Source: an uncultured Clostridium sp. (GTDB taxonomy: Bacteria; Bacillota; Clostridia; TANB77; CAG-508). Taken from it: a stretch of 64,000 nucleotides of DNA. A program made the position numbers and the translations under genes. Positions 11,017 to 19,228 of this stretch are shown piece by piece. Every line of letters begins with the position of its first letter. The stretch's first letter is position 1. The stretch covers positions 171,322 to 235,321 of the forward strand of contig CAMXJY010000001.1 in NCBI GenBank assembly GCA_947244325.1, read 5' to 3'. The notes below the pieces were generated by a model. The model was not told the origin of the DNA and did no database searches. It saw only the letters and a program-made list of their open reading frames with translations.

Positions 11017-12033
11017 TTAACTACAATAATTGCACAAAATACTTCTTAAGCCTACATCAATATCAATTTTTCCATTTTTTGAATTATAATCTAAATCTAT
11101 AAACTCATTTAAAATTTTTCTAAGTTCATCTTTCTTAAAATATGAGGCCTGCTTTTTATACTTTGTTACTAAAAATACTTGATTTGGTCTTAAACTTAAT
11201 GAATTAACTATATCTTTATTTAAGCTAACAGCAATTGTGCATAAATAGATTTTTTTAAAATGATTATATAAAGTTATTAATATTTTTTGTAATGGTTCTT
11301 TTTGATATATTAAATTATCTAAAACTTCCAAAGCTTTATCTATTTTTCTTATTGCTAAATTATCTGTAAGTTCAAAAATTACACTTTCTATTTGCTTAAT
11401 TGATAAACTATTTACATCATCAATTGTTATTGTTCCATTTTCTCCCGCATATTCAATAAGTTTTCTAATTTCATTTATTAAATTTTGAAGATTCGTTCCA
11501 GAAGTTTCTACTAAATAATTTAAAGTTGTATCATCACAATTTACTTTATATAAATTACATATTTGTTTTAATTTTTTTACAAGCTGAATAGGTTTTAACT
11601 CTTCTATATTGCATATTATTCCATTTTTTTCTATTTCTTCAAATACAACATTTTTATCTGCTTCTGCATCTGTAAAAACTATTACTACTGATTCTTCAAT
11701 TATACTCATATTTTCTCTTATGTACTCTGCTAGCTTTTCTTGTATTGGTGTACCTGATTTTTTTCTTCCATCTTTTTTGAATAATCCTGCACTTTTAACT
11801 ATAATAAGTTTTTTTTCATATCCAAAAGCTGGCATTTCTATATCTGATATAATATTATCTATATTTGTTTCATCAAGTACAATATAATTTATTCCTAAAA
11901 GTAATTCTCCAAAATTCTTTTTTATTTTATTTACACAAGTTTCAATTAAATATTGCTCTCCACCATATAATAAATATAATGGTTTTAATCCTTCAAGAAT
12001 GCTCTTATTTAATGCATCATATGTTAAATTCAT
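11017..12033 (-). CDS. holA: DNA polymerase III subunit delta
   Basis: 338 aa with LYLLYGGEQYLIE and the HolA domain pattern. Confidence 0.8.
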   Translation of the reverse strand: MNLTYDALNKSILEGLKPLYLLYGGEQYLIETCVNKIKKNFGELLLGINYIVLDETNIDNIISDIEMPAFGYEKKLIIVKSAGLFKKDGRKKSGTPIQEKLAEYIRENMSIIEESVVIVFTDAEADKNVVFEEIEKNGIICNIEELKPIQLVKKLKQICNLYKVNCDDTTLNYLVETSGTNLQNLINEIRKLIEYAGENGTITIDDVNSLSIKQIESVIFELTDNLAIRKIDKALEVLDNLIYQKEPLQKILITLYNHFKKIYLCTIAVSLNKDIVNSLSLRPNQVFLVTKYKKQASYFKKDELRKILNEFIDLDYNSKNGKIDIDVGLRSILCNYCS

Positions 12034-12203
12034 TTTTTTATCCTCTTACTTTATATAAATTTTATTCAACAATTTGACTCTTCATTTTACTATCCTTATA
12101 CTTTTCTAACTCGATTATATAAATTTCAAAATCTTTTGTCAACACGATATTTTGATATTCTATATTTCTAACTTTATATAATAATTTACGCAAAAAAGAA
12201 GAA

Positions 12204-12223
12204 GTGATAATTTTCATTATCAC
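12204..12223 (-). terminator. terminator hairpin GTGATAAT-tttc-ATTATCAC with a T-run on the minus strand
   Basis: 8-bp perfect stem 55 nt 3' of the 1079-aa gene, followed (on the minus strand) by a TTCTTCTTTTTT run. Confidence 0.6.
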
Positions 12224-12277
12224 CCCCTCTTAGAACATCATTTATATATATTCTTTTTTAAAGAAAGGAATATACTA

Positions 12278-15200
12278 TTATTTAAGATTACCAATTGTAG
12301 TTGATTCTACATTGTTTTCTGATACTTCAAATACTATTGTTACACTTGTAGAATCTGCTGCTACTTGTATTGTAGCACCTGTTCCATTTAATCCAAATGA
12401 ATCTAAGTATGCTCTTACTTCTTCGATGTTATCTTCTGTAACACCTGTTTCATTTAATAAGTCTTCATCAGAAATATCAACATTTACATCTAATGCAACT
12501 GGTGCTGCTTCTTTTGCAGTTACACTAACTGTTGAAGAAGCGCCTTTATTTACAGCTATTGATTTATCTCCTGATAAGTAAGAATCATCTATATCAACTG
12601 TTGCATCACCTTTTTGTACTTCTACATCTAAGTTTCCTGTTACAGCAACATTATTAGATGTTACAGCAACTGTTCCACCATTTGATAATATTGTAACTTT
12701 TCCTACTTGTCTGTCTGTTCCATTGTTGTTTGTATCAACGAATGCTATTGTCATAGCTTGATTTTCTTTATTTTCAAATGTATAATCTGTTTTTGAATCT
12801 CCATTAACAGCTATTGTTAATGTTGTGTCATTAACATTCATTGTTGCATCTTTAGTTGGTGTTACTTTTGTTCCGTTAACTGTAGCTGTTGTGTTAGCTA
12901 ATATTGTTGCATCATATGCAGCTGTACCACTAACTCTTACACCATTTCCTACTACTACTTCTTCAGGAGTACCTTCTACTCTAAATATAGAATTATTTCC
13001 TGTTAAAGTAACTTTTCCTGATGCGGCATTAACTATTCTATCAAAAGATGCTGTTCCTTCGATTTCAACTTCTGTATCTCCAATATCTCCTAATGTTACA
13101 GTTGTATCTGTAGCATTACCTGCATTTGTAGAGATACCAAATAATTTTAAAGTTATTTTTTCAGCTGTTGCTAATTTTACAACATCTTGTGGATATAATT
13201 TCATACCTGCAACTAATTCAACTAAAGATACGAATTCTGGTGTATATTCAGCATCTTTACCATTTGAAAAGTCATATGTTGCACCTTTGATTATTGCAAC
13301 TCCATTATCATAATAGAATGTATTTCCAACAGCTTCTTTTTCATCATTAACTATTGTTACATTGTTGATTGTTACTGATGCACGTTTTGTTCTAACATCA
13401 TAAGCTTTTCCTATATAATCTGATTCTCCTGTTATTCCATCTACTGTAGCTATTAATTTGAAAGCATATTCTGTAAAGTTATCTAATCCATCTATTACAG
13501 CTTCATTATCTTTGTTAACTTTTAAATCTCTTGTACCTACTTCAACAAATTTCTTTCTAGTTCCTCCACCGTTAACATCTTCTACTTTTTCTGTAACAGC
13601 TTTATAAACTTCTACTTTGTATGTAGGAACTTTATCATTTATTTTAATTTCATCTAAAGTAAATGTTATAGAATTTTCACCTTCTACTTTTTTAGTCATA
13701 TCTGGATCTACTACAAAGAATTCTTTTTCATCAGAAACTTCTGAATTTATAATTGGTCCATTATTTTCTTTTGCAATTACTTTTACTGTAGCTGTATAAA
13801 CTTTATTTGGAAGAATAGTAATACTTGGCTCATTAGCAAGTGAACATTTTGTTGGTAATACATTATTTACTCTTGCTATTTCTACTGTATTTCCTACTTT
13901 TATTCCATCTTCATCAAATATTTCAACTTCGTATTTTTCTATATCTTCTACTTTATTAGAATTTTCCCAAGATACTACATATTCTGTAGCACTTGTTGTA
14001 TCATTGTATTCTACATCAAATGCAACTTTTGTAGCTTCTTTTAAAGCTTTAACTTCAACAACAGCTGATTCAACTGTTTCTGAAGCATATGTTGAACCAT
14101 CATCTTTTCCTTCAACTGTAACTTCTATTTTATATTTTCCTGGTGTAGCTAGCATTATATCTGAAAAATCTACTTTTTCTACATCATCTGTTCCATCTTC
14201 TAATACAACTTCTTTAACTATTTTATCATTGTTATATAAAACAACTTTAACTTTTTTATCAGTTGTTTCTTCTAAAGTCCATTCAAATCCATTTTTATCT
14301 GCTGCTTTAAATGTAGGAACAACTATATCTTTTATAGCTTTTTCTTCTTCAACGTTACCATTTTCTTTAGAAATAACATATTTTTGAGGTGTAACTGTTA
14401 CACTTCCAAAATTGTTTTCTATTACATAATATAAATCATATGCTTTAGCAGTCTCTAAGTCACTAGCAACTACATAATTTTTTAATTCATTGTTAGCCAT
14501 GCTAACTGGTTTTGTTTCTAAAAGATCTGTTTGTGTTGGAGCTGCGCTTCCTTGAGCAACTACTTTATAGTAAACATTTTTAGCTGTTCCTTCACCATAA
14601 TATGTGAAAGATGCATTTGCTCTATCAGCATCAATACGTTTTGTTGATACACTTACTTTATCTGGATTTACTACATTTTTTACTAAAGTTCCTGCACCTA
14701 CAACATCTTTACCATCTTTTAATTCAAAAGATAAATTTCCATCAACTAAACTACTTAAATCTTCATCTTCTATAGTAATTAATTTTGATGTATTAGCAGG
14801 TACTGATACAGTTACTGTTACTGTATTAGCAGGGCTTGCTGAATCTTTAATTACTAAACTTAAATTTTTAGCTGTTTTTATTTCTTCTTTAAGACTTACA
14901 TCTATTTTAGATTTTGAAGCATTCATATTATTTACCATATCGTTTTCATTAACTGTAACTGTATAGTTATAGTTATCAACTGGTGGTATTACAACTTCTT
15001 CATCTGGCATTGAATCTACTACTGTATCTTTCATTCCAACAGCATATTGTTTTACTCTTAAAGAATCTCCAGCTGTATATTTTCCATCTCTTGCATCTAC
15101 ATCAGACGCAACTGTTAATAAATTATCAAAAGTTTCTAATCCAACATTACGTTTTTCAATTAATAAAGCATCTTCACCATTTACTGCTCCATCTTTACTA

Positions 15201-15517
15201 ACATCTCCATATACTAAAACTGTATATGTTTTTCCATTTACTTTAAAAGTATCTCCTGTAGCAACTTTGCTTTCATCACTTATGCTATCAACTTTAGCAT
15301 TTGGATATACAGCTTTTATTTCTTCAAAAGTTACTGTATCATCTTTACCATGTAATATAACTGGTACTACATTTGTTACATCACTAACTAATTTGTTATA
15401 TGGTGTTTTAGCAATTTCTGTTTCTATTTCAGCTGCTAAAGTTTTTGTATTAAAAACATTTAATGTTAAAATACCAGCTAAAGCAAGGCTAGAAACTATT
15501 TTAATTTTTTTGTTCAT
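12278..15517 (-). CDS. large secreted surface protein with an N-proximal dockerin-like module and many Ig-like/beta-sandwich repeats
   Basis: 1079 aa with a signal peptide. Residues ~100-165 show a duplicated Ca-binding dockerin pattern (DVSKDGAVNGEDALLIEKRNVG / DVDARDGKYTAGDSLRVKQYAVG). The remainder is Thr/Val/Asn-rich beta-strand repeats. No LPXTG. Confidence 0.6.
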   Translation of the reverse strand: MNKKIKIVSSLALAGILTLNVFNTKTLAAEIETEIAKTPYNKLVSDVTNVVPVILHGKDDTVTFEEIKAVYPNAKVDSISDESKVATGDTFKVNGKTYTVLVYGDVSKDGAVNGEDALLIEKRNVGLETFDNLLTVASDVDARDGKYTAGDSLRVKQYAVGMKDTVVDSMPDEEVVIPPVDNYNYTVTVNENDMVNNMNASKSKIDVSLKEEIKTAKNLSLVIKDSASPANTVTVTVSVPANTSKLITIEDEDLSSLVDGNLSFELKDGKDVVGAGTLVKNVVNPDKVSVSTKRIDADRANASFTYYGEGTAKNVYYKVVAQGSAAPTQTDLLETKPVSMANNELKNYVVASDLETAKAYDLYYVIENNFGSVTVTPQKYVISKENGNVEEEKAIKDIVVPTFKAADKNGFEWTLEETTDKKVKVVLYNNDKIVKEVVLEDGTDDVEKVDFSDIMLATPGKYKIEVTVEGKDDGSTYASETVESAVVEVKALKEATKVAFDVEYNDTTSATEYVVSWENSNKVEDIEKYEVEIFDEDGIKVGNTVEIARVNNVLPTKCSLANEPSITILPNKVYTATVKVIAKENNGPIINSEVSDEKEFFVVDPDMTKKVEGENSITFTLDEIKINDKVPTYKVEVYKAVTEKVEDVNGGGTRKKFVEVGTRDLKVNKDNEAVIDGLDNFTEYAFKLIATVDGITGESDYIGKAYDVRTKRASVTINNVTIVNDEKEAVGNTFYYDNGVAIIKGATYDFSNGKDAEYTPEFVSLVELVAGMKLYPQDVVKLATAEKITLKLFGISTNAGNATDTTVTLGDIGDTEVEIEGTASFDRIVNAASGKVTLTGNNSIFRVEGTPEEVVVGNGVRVSGTAAYDATILANTTATVNGTKVTPTKDATMNVNDTTLTIAVNGDSKTDYTFENKENQAMTIAFVDTNNNGTDRQVGKVTILSNGGTVAVTSNNVAVTGNLDVEVQKGDATVDIDDSYLSGDKSIAVNKGASSTVSVTAKEAAPVALDVNVDISDEDLLNETGVTEDNIEEVRAYLDSFGLNGTGATIQVAADSTSVTIVFEVSENNVESTTIGNLK

Positions 15518-15587
15518 TATAAATTTTCCCCCTAAAATTTAAAATTTATATTATCTATAATTAAATTTTTAAAATAATTGCAAAAAA

Positions 15588-16307
15588 TTATTTATTGTTT
15601 AATTTGATTGTTCCGATAGCTGCTGCTACTATTGCTAATGCTATAACAGCTACTATTGCATAATTAACACCTGTTTGAGGTAATCTTGTAGGCATTCCAT
15701 TTGCTGCTACTGGAGCTGGGTTAGCTGTTGCTACTGGAGCAGGATTAGCTACTGGAGCTGATGGTGTTGTTGTTCCATTTCCATTATCTGGTGTTGTTGC
15801 TCCGTTTCCATTTGATGATGATCCATTTCCATCTTCTGGTGTTACTGGTGTTGGATCTACTGGTGTAGGATCTACTGGTGTTGGATCTACTGGTGGCTTA
15901 ACTTCTTCAGCTTTTTTAGTTACTTCTACTGAACCATTAAATGTTCCTACTGCAGTTGCATCTACTGAACTTGTTACATTTACTGCAACGGCTGATGTTC
16001 CTTCTGCTTTAGCTGTAAAGTTAAATGTTAAAGTTTTTAATCCTCCAATTTTAGACATAGAGAAATTAATTGTTCCTGGTGTTGGTTCAAAAGTTACTTC
16101 TGGTCCACTTACAAAAGTTAAAACTTCTGGATCATATGTAACTGTTCCATCAGCGCTTTCTGCACTTCCAAAATCTACAGTTACTGCTACTGCTTTTCCT
16201 ACTTCTTCTTTAACGCTTGATACTGTTGCTGCGTTTACGTTTGTTGTAGCTGCTGCTAATACTACAAGAGCAACTACGATTGTTAAAAATAATTTTTTCA
16301 TTTTCAT
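15588..16307 (-). CDS. sortase-anchored (LPQTG) surface protein with an N-terminal cohesin-like domain and a Pro/Thr linker
   Basis: 239 aa with a signal peptide and a ~100-aa beta-sandwich with a cohesin-like VTVDFGSA...TYDPEVLTFVSG pattern. Has PVDPT x3 and PAPVA repeats, then LPQTG + hydrophobic helix + KLNNK tail. Confidence 0.65.
   Translation of the reverse strand: MKMKKLFLTIVVALVVLAAATTNVNAATVSSVKEEVGKAVAVTVDFGSAESADGTVTYDPEVLTFVSGPEVTFEPTPGTINFSMSKIGGLKTLTFNFTAKAEGTSAVAVNVTSSVDATAVGTFNGSVEVTKKAEEVKPPVDPTPVDPTPVDPTPVTPEDGNGSSSNGNGATTPDNGNGTTTPSAPVANPAPVATANPAPVAANGMPTRLPQTGVNYAIVAVIALAIVAAAIGTIKLNNK
15853..15897 (-). repeat. 3 x 15-nt tandem repeat encoding the (PVDPT)n linker
   Basis: ggatctactggtgt(t/a) repeated three times inside the LPQTG protein gene. 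Confidence 0.7.
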
Positions 16308-16366
16308 TTTTAAAAATTCCTTTCTTATTTATATATTTCTTTTTTAATATCTAAATTTAGTTTTAT

Positions 16367-17017
16367 CTATATTTCGCGTGCTTTACATATAAGCCTTGTT
16401 ACTCCTCCAGGATTACATGTAATTAAAGTAACCTCTCTCACTTCTTCTTCAGGTGGATATAAACATTTTATATCATCTGGATTACAAGTATAAATATCAT
16501 ATATTTTATATGTAACTTTTGTTTGGGTTTCTTTGTTGATTAAATCAAATGTGTCTCCTACTTCTAATTCCTTTAATCTTTTAAGTAAATTTTTGTAGTT
16601 ATGACCTGTTATACAAAAGTTTCCAATCTCGTTTATATCTCCTCCGTAGAATTTAGTTACTGATAAATTTAATGAAGCATCATCCGTTTTTTCCAGAATA
16701 TTCTTTTTGACATCAATTTTATCAATTACTAATTCACCAATTACTTTGTAATTTCCCATTTTATTTGGTAATTCACTTACATCTACTTTTTCTAATTCTT
16801 TAACAGTATTTGTTTCAGTTATTGGCTCGTCTACTATAGTATTTGTTTCATCTGTATTTGTTGGTATGTACTCGTTATTTTTTTTACAATTCAACCAAAT
16901 GCATATTCCTACAATTACTATAATAGCTACAAGAATTAATATCGGGATTAAAAACTTATTTTTATTTGATTTTTCTTCTGCAAATCTTTTTCCCTTGTGA
17001 CTAGGCTGCTTTTCCAT
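16367..17017 (-). CDS. sortase (class B/D-type), membrane anchored
   Basis: 216 aa with an N-terminal TM, a catalytic TLITC motif, and a His region (CITGHNY). Immediately upstream of the LPQTG substrate gene. Confidence 0.75.
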   Translation of the reverse strand: MEKQPSHKGKRFAEEKSNKNKFLIPILILVAIIVIVGICIWLNCKKNNEYIPTNTDETNTIVDEPITETNTVKELEKVDVSELPNKMGNYKVIGELVIDKIDVKKNILEKTDDASLNLSVTKFYGGDINEIGNFCITGHNYKNLLKRLKELEVGDTFDLINKETQTKVTYKIYDIYTCNPDDIKCLYPPEEEVREVTLITCNPGGVTRLICKAREI

Positions 17018-17293
17018 TTGAAATTATAGATTTCACCTCCTCTAGATACCTTTGTTTAAAGACACTTAAAAGCATCTTTAACCTATTTCAAGTTAACTCT
17101 TTAATTATTCTAATCTAAAACAGGTTAAAAGTCAATAAGTAATTTAAAATATTTTAAAATTATTGTAATAATCCTTTTAATTCGTTTTTGATTAAGTTTA
17201 TTGTTTAATTTTTTTTAATACTAATAGCTTATTTTATTTTTACTTATATTTTAAAAAAAATTTTAAACAATAACAAAAAAGGAGGTAATTATT

Positions 17294-17519
17294 ATTTTTA
17301 ATAACAGGTATCCGAGAATTCGTTCGCTACGTGAAGATCATGATTTAACTCAAAAAGAAATAGCCAAAATCCTTAATATGTCACAAACTGGCTATTCAAA
17401 ATATGAAACTGGTGAAAACGATATTCCTTCAAAAATTTTAATCGAACTAGCAAAATATTATAAAACTTCAGTTGATTATTTGTTAGGTATTACAGATGAA
17501 ATTAAACCTTACCCATAAT
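17294..17519 (+). CDS. XRE-family helix-turn-helix transcriptional regulator (small, about 74 aa); start codon non-canonical (ATT?) or mutated
   Basis: Frame encodes ..RYPRIRSLREDHDLTQKEIAKILNMSQTGYSKYETGENDIPSKILIELAKYYKTSVDYLLGITDEIKPYP*, a typical Clostridial HTH_XRE protein. A strong GGAGG RBS sits at 17281-17285 but there is no ATG/GTG/TTG in frame, hence the ORF track missed it. Confidence 0.55.
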
Positions 17520-17553
17520 CTCCTTGACTTTTTATTTATTTTAACATCAAAAA

Positions 17554-17582
17554 AACTGGTAATTTTAATTACCAGTTTTTTA
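17554..17582 (+). terminator. rho-independent terminator AACTGGTAAT-tttaa-TTACCAGTT + T6
   Basis: 9-bp stem followed by TTTTTT, 35 nt after the XRE stop. Confidence 0.75.
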
Positions 17583-17601
17583 TATTCATATTATTATATT
17601 T

Positions 17602-17628
17602 TAGACAAAACCTCGGTCCCCATGTCTA
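17602..17628. repeat. palindromic element copy A: TAGACAAAACCTCGGTCCCCATGTCTA (overlaps the stop of the downstream minus gene)
   Basis: 6-bp stem + 15-nt loop. The loop is the reverse complement, with 1 mismatch, of the copy at 24125-24151. Confidence 0.6.
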
Positions 17629-18162
17629 TTTTTTATCATCAAAATTTATAAATTTACTTACGAATCCAACTATAGCGGTTGAATTTTGTTTTGCTATTTC
17701 TTTTGTTACTGCTTTTCCTCCAACTGTAAGTGATGCTACTATAGCACTAAATACAAATTGTATTTGTGAACTCATTCCATAATTTTCTGTAAGCTTTAAT
17801 GCAATCATTGCACTTATTGCTCCACTAAGTACTCCACATATATCTCCTATTACATCTGCACAAAAATTTGATACTTTTGCAGAATTTCTTATCATTTTTA
17901 TAGAAGTTTTTGCTCCTTTTATTTTTTTACTTGCTTGTGCATGAAAATCTTCTTCATTTGCTACTGTAACTGCTACACCTATTAAATCAAATAAAACACC
18001 TACTAAAATTACTAATATTAAAACTATTACTCCTAATATTATATTTAATTTTGAAATTGCTGTATTTGATATATATGAAAATAGCAATGATAGAATAAAA
18101 GTGGTAATAGCTATTCCTATTACCCAACTATTGTTATTATTTTTTTTCGATTTTTCTTTCAT
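17626..18162 (-). CDS. membrane protein with a nucleoside-recognition (Gate) domain, SpmB-like
   Basis: 178 aa with 2 N-terminal TM helices. C-terminal SGAISAMIALKLTENYG resembles the SpmB/Gate-domain SGAAALGVTAELIKTYG. Assignment tentative. Confidence 0.4.
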   Translation of the reverse strand: MKEKSKKNNNNSWVIGIAITTFILSLLFSYISNTAISKLNIILGVIVLILVILVGVLFDLIGVAVTVANEEDFHAQASKKIKGAKTSIKMIRNSAKVSNFCADVIGDICGVLSGAISAMIALKLTENYGMSSQIQFVFSAIVASLTVGGKAVTKEIAKQNSTAIVGFVSKFINFDDKK

Positions 18163-18439
18163 AGTATTCTTTATAATTAATTCTCCTTATTTTACATATA
18201 TTAATTTGATTCTTATTTTTTAGAAAATTTAAGTTTAAAAATTTTCTAAAAAATAATGAATGATTTTTACTATATAACATTTATAACTTTTTAATATAGA
18301 ACAAATCTGAAAAAATCTCAGATTATTTCAGTAAATTTGTTCGTGTGCCAAATTTATGCAATAAATTTGTGTACAATTTTTAGCGAAGCTTTTATATAAT
18401 AGGAAAGTATCACTTTCCTATTATAAAATAAATTATAAT

Positions 18440-19010
18440 TGGTAGGAACTTAAGTAAACTTTACGGTTTAGGTCTAGCAGATTTTCTCTATTTTTCACTT
18501 TCTATTACTAGAAAGCCGTTTCCGTTTAAGAAAAATACCCCTCATGCGAGGTCGCCAGATCACCACTTAAATCCGTACCTTAATCCTTAAATTCCCATGC
18601 TTATAATTTTAAGCAAACACTCTAGAAATTTTCTTTGAGTATCCTTGCCTGCTATTAGTCTTTTTTGCAACAAAAGTTTCATAATCAAATATAAAAAAGA
18701 TATGGCCGATATCTAAATTATATTTAAACGATTAATCCCCAGTTATCACTCAAGACAGTCATTACCACTACATAACAGATTGCTATATAGGTTTACCTAT
18801 TCAAATGAATAAGTCTCAACGAAAACAGGAATCATCTGTATGCCATTACAGGCTATCCTAATTTCTTTACTCTTCAGGACCACGCAAAACTGGGCGTAAT
18901 GCGCAGACTCTTGAAAAACTTCGACTGATAATACTTTCTAGTAGATTTTTAGGCCCACCCTCATAACAGGAGTGATACACTAGAATAATGCACCAATGCG
19001 ATATATTATA
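18440..19010. ncRNA. candidate large structured non-coding RNA (unclassified); ORF-free, locally GC-rich (~40-45% against a ~25% background)
   Basis: The 1066-nt gap between genes (18163-19228) has no ORF >=60 aa. The core has CG-containing, non-repetitive, GC-enriched stretches (gcgaggtcgccagatcaccac, ccacgcaaaactgggcgtaatgcgcagactc, aggcccaccctcataacaggagtg) typical of structured RNAs in AT-rich Firmicutes. Confidence 0.3.
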
Positions 19011-19228
19011 TCAGTTTGATATTTTTTTAGCAAATCTTTTGCCAACTTCTTTTAAAATGAATTTGCATTTTGCACTTATCAAAAATTAATTTATCTCTTT
19101 GATTCTCTTTTTTTCTTTCTTATACTATATAATTCTTGTTGTAAGATTTTTTAATATTCTAAAAAAAATTAGGCTAAAATAAAGTTGTTTCTATGGAAAA
19201 TGTTATTTATGCTTTTTTATATTTTATT

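Noticed and set aside
12312-15542. Several + strand ORFs of 60-160 aa inside the 1079-aa surface-protein gene, and similar antisense ORFs inside scpA, recA, the FtsX permease and other genes
   Set aside because: They are low-complexity (Ser/Thr/Phe/Leu-rich) frames antisense to well-supported genes, with no RBS and no recognisable domains. They are the usual artefacts of AT-rich DNA.
18440-19010. Tested the GC-rich intergenic core against tmRNA, RNase P, SRP RNA, tRNA and T-box by eye
   Set aside because: No GGAAAGTCC (RNase P P4), no tmRNA 5' GGGG...TTCGAC or 3' CCACCA ends, no tag-peptide ORF ending in ALAA, no cloverleaf. So I report it only as an unclassified ncRNA candidate.
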